Shown one piece after another: positions 8,863 through 16,558 of a stretch of DNA of 32,000 bases. The stretch is from Syntrophaceae bacterium (GTDB lineage: Bacteria > Desulfobacterota > BSN033 > UBA1163). Location: positions 1-32,000 of the forward strand of contig JACAEV010000143.1 of the NCBI GenBank assembly GCA_013388645.1. The letters run 5' to 3'. Numbering within the stretch: position 1 is the first letter of the stretch; each line of letters opens with the position of its first letter. Below the pieces are notes generated by a model. The model searched no databases, was not told where the DNA came from, and worked only from the letters and a program-made list of their open reading frames with translations. The position numbers were made by a program, and so were the translations under genes.

Positions 8863-9012
8863 TCAAAAATTTAAGAAAATATTAATTTCTTCAATCTCGT
8901 CACCCATGCGAAACCGGTAATCCTGTTTGCTGACATCGTTCTGGACTCCTGATTCCGTAGAAGTGACAGTCCTTAAACTTTTTACGACTCCACTATAATG
9001 TTTAATTGTCAT
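8863..9012 (-). CDS. Candidate 49-aa small ORF whose ATG overlaps the glmU stop codon (ATGA)
   Basis: Minus-strand ATGACAATT..., where TGA is the glmU stop. Product: MTIKHYSGVVKSLRTVTSTESGVQNDVSKQDYRFRMGDEIEEINIFLNF. Not low-complexity, but no recognisable family. Confidence 0.2.
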   Translation of the reverse strand: MTIKHYSGVVKSLRTVTSTESGVQNDVSKQDYRFRMGDEIEEINIFLNF

Positions 9013-10163
9013 AAATCCTTCTTGCCCCTCGATCTTTTTCGGCGGGGCTCTATTTTTTTACCCCGACCCCGTACTCTGGTCCCTCGACCGGAGCTGAACC
9101 TCTCGACCTCCATGAACTTTCCGACTTTAGCCTTGGCCTTAACCTTGTTTAGGGGTCTCAGGTGAGCAAAAGGACCAATGGAGGTGCGCTCATCAATTGT
9201 GCTCTCGGTGATCACAGAGTTTGCATGGATAGTCACCTCATTGCCGATGATGGAATCTGAAACCTTTGAGTGGGGTTCGATAATGCACCGTTCACCGATC
9301 TTTGTCTTTCCTTGAAGCACACAGAAGGGGTAGATGATCGTATCTCTCCCCACCTGTACTATTTTTTCTACATAGGTGTTTAGGGGATCGATGACCGTTA
9401 CACCGGAGAGCATCAACTTGCTTAATTCTTGCTGTCTCAGCCTTTCATTTGCCATGGCAAGATCGACCCTTGTATTAATCCCCATCACCTCCATAGGATC
9501 TGTCACTTTATGAGCCGAACACCTCAAGTCTTTCTCCCTCGCAATCCCAACCAAGTCGGTCAGATAATATTCCCCCTGAGCATTCTCTTTCCCGATATCT
9601 CTCAACCCCTCCTTTAAGAAGGGAGCTTTGACACAATATATCCCTGTATTGATCTCCCGGATCAGCCTCTCTTCATCTGTAGCATCTTTTTCTTCCACAA
9701 TCTTTTCCAACCAACCCGCTGGGGTTCGGAGGACACGACCGTATCCAAAAGGATTTTCCACAACCGCTGTCAACACAGAGAGAGTGGACTCATTCTCTCT
9801 ATACATATCGATAAAAGAGCGGAGAGTCTCCACTGTCACCAAAGGGACATCTCCGCAGAGGATTAAGACCGAACCATCAAATTCCTGAAGAGAGGGGATG
9901 GTTTGTAAGACCGCATGCCCCGTTCCGAGTTGCTCCTTCTGAATGACAAACTCAATTGGAACTCCTTTAAACATTTCCTGAATGCGATCCGCCTGGTAAC
10001 CCACCACTACAATGGTCTTTTTGGCTTTAATCCCATTCAAGGAGAGATCTATGGAATAAGAGAGCATGGGAAGTCCCAGAAGCGGATGAAGAACTTTTAC
10101 CATTTCCGACTTCATCCGGGTTCCTTTCCCCGCTGCAAGAATAACGGTAACGATATCTTCCAA
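9009..10163 (-). CDS. glmU: GlmU-like UDP-N-acetylglucosamine pyrophosphorylase with a C-terminally truncated acetyltransferase beta-helix
   Basis: TTG start after GAGGGA. Uridyltransferase motifs LAAGKGTRMKS, QLGTGHA and EYYLTD are present. The LbH domain follows but stops at ...VGKFMEVERFSSGRGTRV and is then replaced by a 21-aa Arg/Lys tail. Total length is 384 aa, versus roughly 450-460 for canonical GlmU. Confidence 0.85.
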   Translation of the reverse strand: MEDIVTVILAAGKGTRMKSEMVKVLHPLLGLPMLSYSIDLSLNGIKAKKTIVVVGYQADRIQEMFKGVPIEFVIQKEQLGTGHAVLQTIPSLQEFDGSVLILCGDVPLVTVETLRSFIDMYRENESTLSVLTAVVENPFGYGRVLRTPAGWLEKIVEEKDATDEERLIREINTGIYCVKAPFLKEGLRDIGKENAQGEYYLTDLVGIAREKDLRCSAHKVTDPMEVMGINTRVDLAMANERLRQQELSKLMLSGVTVIDPLNTYVEKIVQVGRDTIIYPFCVLQGKTKIGERCIIEPHSKVSDSIIGNEVTIHANSVITESTIDERTSIGPFAHLRPLNKVKAKAKVGKFMEVERFSSGRGTRVRGRGKKIEPRRKRSRGKKDL

Positions 10164-10607
10164 ACTGTTCCCTCAATCCCGAAAGAAATTATGACTGACT
10201 ACCTGAAGTGGAGACTATTTCACAATCATTTCCAATGGTATGCCCCACACGGCTAAAATTTAATCAGGGTTTATTAATAAATTTGATAATATATACAATA
10301 CCCTATACCTTTAGTCAACCTTGTGAAATATTTGGAGCACCAATTGGTTTATTCTTTTTTATCGAATGATTCCAAAATGGCCAACCCTTCAGACCTCCAG
10401 ATAATAAAAAATATTGATACCCTTTTAATAAGAAGGCAATATTGTGACGTGTTGTAATGATTTAACCAAAATCATTGAGGTTCGGCTGCTTTGGAGAGGT
10501 TTAAAAAAGAAGACCAATTAATTTTAATAAATTATTGAAAAATCTTCGATATTGATTTAAAAATAGAATTTATAAAAATTCTTATCGGCATTTTTGGGGA
10601 GGAAAAA

Positions 10608-11879
10608 GTGGACCTAAAACCGATATCCTATAACAAAATCGAACAACTCATCAGAAAAGGGGTGAATATTCCCACCCCGCTTACCATCGATGTGGGCGAC
10701 GAAGTCAATATTGATCAAATCTCGGGTAAGGGCGTCAAGATCTATCCAGGTTGCCGGATTTATGGGGAAAAGACGGTTATTTCTGAAGGGGTTCAGCTGG
10801 GTTATGAAGCTCCGGTAACCTTAGAAAACTGCCAGCTTGGGCCTAAAGTCGAATTGAAGGGGGGATATTTTAAAAAATCCGTTTTTCTTGAAAAGGCAAA
10901 CATGGGGTTGGGTGGACACGTCCGTGAGGCATGCTTGCTTGAAGAAGAGGCAAACGGCGCTCACTGCGTTGGCCTGAAACATACGATTCTGTTTCCTTTC
11001 GTTACTCTTGGGAGTCTTATCAATTTTTGTGACTGTCTCATGGCCGGAGGCACGAGCCGCAAGGACCATAGCGAAGTGGGGAGTTCCTATATTCACTTTA
11101 ACTTTACCCCAGAGGGAGACAAAACCACTGCCTCCTTGATTGGTGATGTCCCCCGTGGTGTCATGCTCAACAAACCGCCAATTTTCCTTGGGGGACAGGG
11201 TGGCATGGTTGGACCTCTCCGGTTGGGTTATGGTAACGTCGTGGCTGCTGGGTCAATCGTTCGTGAGGATGTGGAAGCGGAGAAACAATTGATTGTAAGC
11301 AAGAGTCCTTCGGGCAAGGTGGTTGACCTCATTCCCAGGGCCTATCCAAGCCTTTCCCGTGTGGTCGAAAACAACATTATTTATATTGCAAATTTGATCG
11401 CTTTGGAGCAGTGGTATCTTCATGTCCGAAGCCTTTTCTTTGAACATCAGGAATTTGGTCATCTGATTTTTAAAGCCATACTTGAAAATCTTAAGATCAC
11501 CAAGGAGGAGAGGCTCAAGCGGCTCAGGGACATGGCCGCCAAAATGCCCGGATCCTCTGATAAAGAAAAAGGTAAAACCAAGATCATCAGAGCGAAACAG
11601 GAGTTTTATGAGAAGGTCAAATTGCTTGAAGAGCTGTTGACCGGTGACGCAGGGAAGTCCGCCGGCGAGAAAAAGCGGGACCAATTCCTCACCGCATTGG
11701 TGAAACACAGGGAAGAACATGGTGGTAATTATATCGAAGTGATTCAGAGTTTACCTCCTTCTGCCTCGACGGGGGGGACGCAATGGCTCGATGTCATCGT
11801 TCATCTTATCTGTGGACAAGCAGGAAAGATATTGCCTTCGTTGAATAGTTTTAAAAAATATCGTTCAAATCTTGTATGA
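10608..11879 (+). CDS. Stand-alone left-handed beta-helix protein resembling the GlmU acetyltransferase domain, with a C-terminal helical extension of about 190 aa
   Basis: GTG start after GGGGAGGA. The N-terminus LIRKGVNIPTPLTIDVGDEV resembles the GlmU linker/LbH entry. DHSEVGSSYIHFNFTPEGDKTTASLIGD...GPLRLGYGNVVAAGSIVREDV parallels E. coli GlmU GHLTYLGD...CNYDGANKFKTIIGD...[21 protein letters not shown] (by eye). Confidence 0.65.
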   Translation: MDLKPISYNKIEQLIRKGVNIPTPLTIDVGDEVNIDQISGKGVKIYPGCRIYGEKTVISEGVQLGYEAPVTLENCQLGPKVELKGGYFKKSVFLEKANMGLGGHVREACLLEEEANGAHCVGLKHTILFPFVTLGSLINFCDCLMAGGTSRKDHSEVGSSYIHFNFTPEGDKTTASLIGDVPRGVMLNKPPIFLGGQGGMVGPLRLGYGNVVAAGSIVREDVEAEKQLIVSKSPSGKVVDLIPRAYPSLSRVVENNIIYIANLIALEQWYLHVRSLFFEHQEFGHLIFKAILENLKITKEERLKRLRDMAAKMPGSSDKEKGKTKIIRAKQEFYEKVKLLEELLTGDAGKSAGEKKRDQFLTALVKHREEHGGNYIEVIQSLPPSASTGGTQWLDVIVHLICGQAGKILPSLNSFKKYRSNLV

Positions 11880-11891
11880 GGAGGAAAATCT

Positions 11892-13241
11892 ATGGGGAAG
11901 CTGTTCGGAACGGATGGGATAAGAGGAGAGGCCAATCGTTATCCTATGGATGCTGGGATCGCCTTTTCAGTGGGGCAAGCGATTGCTTACTTGTTGAAAA
12001 AACCAAATCATAAGACCAGGATCATTATTGGTAAGGACACCCGCATTTCAGGATATATGCTTGAAAGTGCCCTCGAGTCTGGGATTACTTCAATGGGAGG
12101 ATATCCTTACTTAGTGGGGGTGCTTCCCACACCAGGCATCGCATTCATAACCCAGAGCATGCGAGCGGATGCCGGTATTGTGGTCTCCGCTTCCCATAAC
12201 CCTTATCAGGATAATGGAATCAAGATTTTTTCTGGGAACGGCTTTAAACTCTCCGATGAAGAGGAAGAAGAGATCGAAAAGCTCATTCTAAGTAAAAAAC
12301 TGCCCGAGATGGTCCCCCCCGCTAAAGAGATGGGACAGGCTTTCCGAATAGAAGACGTGCACGGTCGGTACATCGTTTTCCTGAAAAATACTTTCCCCCG
12401 CAATTTAACCATGGAGGGTATGAAGATCATCATCGATACAGCAAATGGGGCTACCTACAGAATTGCTCCGGACACATTCTTTGAGCTGGGGGCTAACGTG
12501 GAGGTCATCCACAATACCCCCAATGGTCTCAATATCAATGATCATTGTGGATCCCAGCATACTCAGGATCTCCGGAAACGGGTGGTCGAGGCGAGAGCGG
12601 ATATTGGAATCGCTTTCGATGGCGACGGTGACAGACTGATCGCTGTGGATGAGAACGGACAGGAAATCTCAGGCGATCAGGTCTTGATCATCTGTGCCCG
12701 AAAGCTTAAGGAAAAGGAGAAGCTCAAAAACGATCTGCTGGTTAGCACCGTGATGAGCAATCTCGGGTTGAAAGTGGCTTGTAAAAAGTATGGTATCAAA
12801 CACCATGCCTCCAAGGTGGGAGATCGTTACGTGTTGGAAGATATGGTCCGCTTAGGATCGATCATAGGTGGCGAGGAAGCGGGTCATATGATTTTCCTTG
12901 AACACCACACCACAGGGGATGGGATCATTACGGCCATCCAACTGATAGCGGCGATGGTGGAAACAGGGAAACCTCTATCAGAACTTTCGAAGATGATGGA
13001 GATCTATCCACAGAAACTGATTAATGTAGAGGTAAAGAACAAACCGGAGATTTCCTCATTATCGAAAGTCACGGAGGTGATCAAACAGGTAGAGTTTGAA
13101 CTTGGCGACAACGGCCGTGTATTAGTGCGATATTCGGGCACCCAAAATATGTGCCGCGTCATGGTCGAGGGACCCACTCAGGAACTCACGGAAAAATACT
13201 GCCAGCAGATTGCTGAGATAATCAAGAAGACCATTGGCTAA
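11892..13241 (+). CDS. glmM: Phosphoglucosamine mutase
   Basis: MGKLFGTDGIRG N-terminus, active-site Ser loop SASHNPYQDNGIK, metal loop FDGDGDR, GEEAGH, and RYSGTQN near the C-terminus. SD GAGGAGGA. Confidence 0.95.
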   Translation: MGKLFGTDGIRGEANRYPMDAGIAFSVGQAIAYLLKKPNHKTRIIIGKDTRISGYMLESALESGITSMGGYPYLVGVLPTPGIAFITQSMRADAGIVVSASHNPYQDNGIKIFSGNGFKLSDEEEEEIEKLILSKKLPEMVPPAKEMGQAFRIEDVHGRYIVFLKNTFPRNLTMEGMKIIIDTANGATYRIAPDTFFELGANVEVIHNTPNGLNINDHCGSQHTQDLRKRVVEARADIGIAFDGDGDRLIAVDENGQEISGDQVLIICARKLKEKEKLKNDLLVSTVMSNLGLKVACKKYGIKHHASKVGDRYVLEDMVRLGSIIGGEEAGHMIFLEHHTTGDGIITAIQLIAAMVETGKPLSELSKMMEIYPQKLINVEVKNKPEISSLSKVTEVIKQVEFELGDNGRVLVRYSGTQNMCRVMVEGPTQELTEKYCQQIAEIIKKTIG

Positions 13242-13260
13242 CAGGGGAGGGAGTCATTTG

Positions 13261-14217
13261 ATGCCAATCACAATATGGGTCACTAATGATTTTGAGCAGA
13301 TGAGTGAAGTAGCTGCGGATATCGTCAAAAAAAATATTATTCTGGTCACTCGCAAAAAGAGGGGATTTGTCCTCGGATTAGCCACAGGCAACTCACCTAC
13401 TGGTCTCTATAAGCATTTAGCCAAAGCGGCAAATGAGGGTGAGTTTGACAGTGGGCGGATTAGAAGTTTCAACCTCGATGAATATGTGGGGCTCCCAGGA
13501 GAAAACGTGCAACAACGAGTGATGCATCCGGAGAGCTACTGTTACTTTATGATTCAAGAATTTTTCAGTCTCCTCAAAAAGAAATTCATCGAAACAAGCG
13601 TACCTTACGGAACCCTGATTGAGCAGAAGCAGCTGGTCCAGGAGCTCAGCGCCCATCCAGAAGATTGGGAAGAACTGGGCAAGGACGCTGGAAAATCAAT
13701 CGTCATCAAGGCGAAATCCGTATCCCCGTACCTCGCCTGGATAAAAAGGGTTATCCTCGACGGTTACAGGCGCAAGATCCAGAGAGCCGGAGGCATTGAC
13801 CTTCAGGTCATCGGCGTAGGCGGAAAAGGCCATGTGGCATTTCATGAATCGGGCATCCCTTTCAAAAATAGCCAGGTACTGCTCGTAAAACTGGATGACA
13901 ACACCATTACCAATGCCGTTGCGGATGGCCATTTTACCTCAAAAAAAGAAGCCCCTCATTATGCCATCAGTATGGGAGCAGAGCTTGTGTATCAGGCCGG
14001 AATGGTGGTTTTATTAGCCAATGGGGAAAGAAAGGTTAGACCTGTTGCGGAATCCCTCCTCGGAGAAGTTACTCCGGATATTCCCATCTCATACGGTCAG
14101 GTGTATGCCAAAAAGGGTGGTCATCTGATTTATGTATTAGATCAGATCGCGGCAAGAGAACTGTTAGCATCCAAAGAGAACCTCAAAGAAAAAAAGATTG
14201 ACATCAGAGTCGTATAA
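13261..14217 (+). CDS. nagB: Glucosamine-6-phosphate deaminase/isomerase-like protein (NagB/Pgl superfamily) with an internal insertion
   Basis: ATG at 13261 follows GGAGGGAG. GLATGNSP, FNLDEYVGL and GVGGKGHVAFHES (equivalent to the NagB G-x-DGH-x-AFNEP loop) are present. An extra segment of about 45 aa lies between the DEYVGL block and the GGIDL block. Confidence 0.75.
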   Translation: MPITIWVTNDFEQMSEVAADIVKKNIILVTRKKRGFVLGLATGNSPTGLYKHLAKAANEGEFDSGRIRSFNLDEYVGLPGENVQQRVMHPESYCYFMIQEFFSLLKKKFIETSVPYGTLIEQKQLVQELSAHPEDWEELGKDAGKSIVIKAKSVSPYLAWIKRVILDGYRRKIQRAGGIDLQVIGVGGKGHVAFHESGIPFKNSQVLLVKLDDNTITNAVADGHFTSKKEAPHYAISMGAELVYQAGMVVLLANGERKVRPVAESLLGEVTPDIPISYGQVYAKKGGHLIYVLDQIAARELLASKENLKEKKIDIRVV

Positions 14218-14257
14218 TCGAAAGGGTTTGTAAATCTATTTTCGATTCTAAGGTCTT

Positions 14258-15160
14258 ATGGAAGAAGAGATCATCCACCTCATTAGCACCCGGGGCCCCC
14301 TCACAGGATCCGAGTTAAAAAAAAGTATACCTGGCGATCACCTTCTTCTTTGGCAAACCTGTAAAACTTCGAGCCGCTTGCAAATAAAGTCGGTGGGGGT
14401 CAGATATCTCAGATTCGATCGACAGGTGAACGGTTTCGCCCGTCTATCTCCATCGATCCTCAGGGAATTCCTCACCTACTCCGTTGTAGGATTAGCTGAA
14501 AAACCCACCCTCATAGAAAAAAGGGCAGAAGAAATATTTTCCCATGTCGTGCAAGTGAGTCGATCGAAAAGGAAACTTGCCAGTCATCTGGTTGAGGAGG
14601 TGAAAGCCCTGCTAAGAGAGATCTGGCCAGATGAACAGATCTGTTTCATCTTGGCCGGTGACATTGTATATGAAATGGCTCATGACGTCCCGCGACCGGA
14701 ACGAAGTACGGGAAGGCTCGTCCGGGGATCGGATATCGATCTGGTCGTCATCATGGACGACCATGTGCCTGACGACTTTATCAGCAAACTGGATCGCACC
14801 ATCTATCAGGAGAAATATAAGTACCTCAAAGCACCTTCTATCAATGAGGAGGTGGATTATGTAGTAAAAAAAATGGAACGGGTTCGAGAGCAGGTACGTT
14901 TTAATACGTTTAAAAATATGGTGGCGTGCAAAATCCTGCAGGAAGGGAAATTCATCGATGGGAGTGAGTCCCTTTATCGCGAAGTGATGAGGTTATTAAA
15001 GGACAGCGGTGTCCTGGAGAAACTGGATCGGTTGCAAGAGGCGGCCATCGCATTTCGGAAACAGGAAGAAGAATTTCTAACCCAAACTGATGCCAAAATC
15101 ATTAACCGTGAAAACCTTTACTTCTTCTATCCTGCAGAGGAATCTGAAGAGTTTGAATGA
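14258..15160 (+). CDS. Hypothetical protein, probably a Pol-beta-superfamily nucleotidyltransferase fold with an N-terminal winged-helix-like region
   Basis: LAGD...x20...RGSDIDLVVIMDD resembles the G[SG]-x(n)-D-x-D minimal nucleotidyltransferase signature. Otherwise unrecognised. The C-terminus is acidic. Confidence 0.5.
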   Translation: MEEEIIHLISTRGPLTGSELKKSIPGDHLLLWQTCKTSSRLQIKSVGVRYLRFDRQVNGFARLSPSILREFLTYSVVGLAEKPTLIEKRAEEIFSHVVQVSRSKRKLASHLVEEVKALLREIWPDEQICFILAGDIVYEMAHDVPRPERSTGRLVRGSDIDLVVIMDDHVPDDFISKLDRTIYQEKYKYLKAPSINEEVDYVVKKMERVREQVRFNTFKNMVACKILQEGKFIDGSESLYREVMRLLKDSGVLEKLDRLQEAAIAFRKQEEEFLTQTDAKIINRENLYFFYPAEESEEFE

Positions 15161-15241
15161 GCCAAGACTTATTGGAGAAGGTAAAGTTCCACCAACAAGA
15201 AAACGCCATAGGGTGTGGGGTCATCTAACATCGAATCATCC

Positions 15242-16165
15242 ATGCGATTCAATCTTCCTCTTCAAGATAAACCTTTTGATGTGGTGGGGATGGGCCTCAA
15301 CTCTGTAGACTTCCTCACCGTGGTCCCTAAATTCCCTACTCCGAATTCAAAAATGGAGATGCTTCAGTTTTCCAAACAGGGAGGAGGCCAAGTGGCTACA
15401 GCGATGGTAGCTCTAAGTCGATGGGGTGTGAAAACGAAATATATTGGAAAAGTCGGAGAGGACGAGTTAGGGCAATTCTCCCTCCATTCGATTCGACAAG
15501 AGGGAGTAGATGTTTTTTCGGTCACGATCGAACCGCAGGCGACCAACCAATTTGCCGTGATCATCGTGGATGGTTCCACTGGAGAGCGAACGATTCTCTG
15601 GAATCGAGATCACCGACTGATGTATCGACAAGGAGAACTTCAGAAAGAGATGATTGGCTCTGGGAAAATCCTCCACTTGGACGGACACGATATCCAGGCT
15701 GCCCTTCAATGTGCCAAATGGGCGAAAGAGGAAGGAATTCCAACTATTATTGATCTGGATAAAGTAGAACCTCTTACTTCTGAATTGATCCGGGAGATCG
15801 AGTTTGTCATCACTTCCTCACGATTTCCCTCTCTCTTTACTGGAATCTCAGATAGAAAAAGAGCTCTTCTCGAACTTCAGAAGCACACTTCTGGATTCCT
15901 TTGCGCGACCTTGGGAGAAGAAGGCGCGATGGCTTTCATCAATGGAGAGTTTCTCTATGTAAAAGGATTTAAAGTGAAGACAGTCGATACCACAGGTGCA
16001 GGCGATGTCTTCCATGCAGGGTTCATCTACGGTCTTCTCCAGAATTGGGAATTGGTGAAGATATTGAAATTCGCTAATGCCGCAGCCGCCCTGAAATGCC
16101 AAAATCTCGGTGGAAGGAAAGGAATTCCCTCTTTAGAAGAAGTAGAAAGATTCCTTTTACCATAA
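15242..16165 (+). CDS. PfkB-family carbohydrate kinase (ribokinase-like)
   Basis: FDVVGMGLNSVD N-terminal motif, GG dipeptide (SKQGGGQVA), C-terminal DTTGAGDVFHAGF plus ANAAAALKC signature. The start at ATG 15242 is preferred; GTG 15215 is possible. Confidence 0.85.
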   Translation: MRFNLPLQDKPFDVVGMGLNSVDFLTVVPKFPTPNSKMEMLQFSKQGGGQVATAMVALSRWGVKTKYIGKVGEDELGQFSLHSIRQEGVDVFSVTIEPQATNQFAVIIVDGSTGERTILWNRDHRLMYRQGELQKEMIGSGKILHLDGHDIQAALQCAKWAKEEGIPTIIDLDKVEPLTSELIREIEFVITSSRFPSLFTGISDRKRALLELQKHTSGFLCATLGEEGAMAFINGEFLYVKGFKVKTVDTTGAGDVFHAGFIYGLLQNWELVKILKFANAAAALKCQNLGGRKGIPSLEEVERFLLP

Positions 16166-16245
16166 GAACAAAGGAAGAAATGGGGGTGCTGAAAGAGTAA
16201 TTAAGAAACCGAGCGAATTTTTTTAAGAACATTCAAACAAAAAAC

Positions 16246-16274
16246 TTGACAACCACTGTTTCAATTTGTTAAAT
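16246..16274 (+). promoter_or_regulatory. Putative sigma70-type promoter for the riboswitch/receptor transcript
   Basis: TTGACA (16246-16251), 17-nt spacer, then TTAAAT (16269-16274) with TG immediately upstream. Confidence 0.4.
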
Positions 16275-16289
16275 GGATTTTGTATTTAT

Positions 16290-16470
16290 CGGTGGTATCC
16301 AGGTCAAGGGAACCCCGTAATCTCTGTTTAGATGGAGAGAGTCGGGGACGGACCCGCCGCTGTATTTGGGGACGAAACTTGCAATCAGCCACTGTCCTGT
16401 GCTGAGCGCAGGATGGGAAGGCGCAAGGATTAGGAAGATCCGAAAGTCAGAAAACCTGCCTGGATATTCT
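16290..16470 (+). promoter_or_regulatory. Cobalamin (B12) riboswitch
   Basis: AAGGGAA (16306-16312), ACCCGCCGCTGTA, GCCACTG (16388-16394) and B12-box AGTCAGAAAACCTGCC (16445-16460). P1-like pairing TATCCAGG / CCTGGATA. It lies upstream of a TonB-dependent receptor. Confidence 0.85.
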
Positions 16471-16516
16471 TCACGGAGTAGTCTTCGAGGATAAGACGGT
16501 GAAGGGTGCAAGCGGG

Positions 16517-16558
16517 TAAAATCCCCAGTCTTTCGTGCGAAGGCTGGGGATTTTTTTT
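16517..16558 (+). terminator. Intrinsic terminator (riboswitch expression platform)
   Basis: AAAATCCCCAG-t-CTTTCG-tg-CGAAGG-CTGGGGATTTT, followed by an 8-T run. Confidence 0.75.

Noticed and set aside
8830-9008. Possible glmS ribozyme in the 5' leader of glmS (local resemblances CCAGAAC and GGTGACGAG to the ribozyme core).
   Set aside because: Compared with the B. subtilis-type core as I remember it, P1 cannot be formed around CCAGAAC. The conserved GACGAGG is followed by an A/T-rich hairpin rather than the G-rich P3 segment containing CGGCGGAUG. The rest of the spacer is too AT-rich. An Infernal scan with RF00234 would settle it, and I expect no hit.
8854-9080. A simple frameshift as the explanation for the short glmU.
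   Set aside because: I translated the other two minus-strand frames from the breakpoint. Both hit stops within about 12 codons and show no HL.Y.GD / NIGAGTIT.NYDG-like sequence, so the catalytic C-terminus is absent rather than frameshifted.
10164-10607. The 444-nt AT-rich divergent intergenic region as a large ncRNA or hidden gene.
   Set aside because: There is no extended helices-within-helices structure and no ORF with an SD, only A/T-rich tracts consistent with divergent promoters. The one feature kept from this region is the 18-mer shared with the glmS start.
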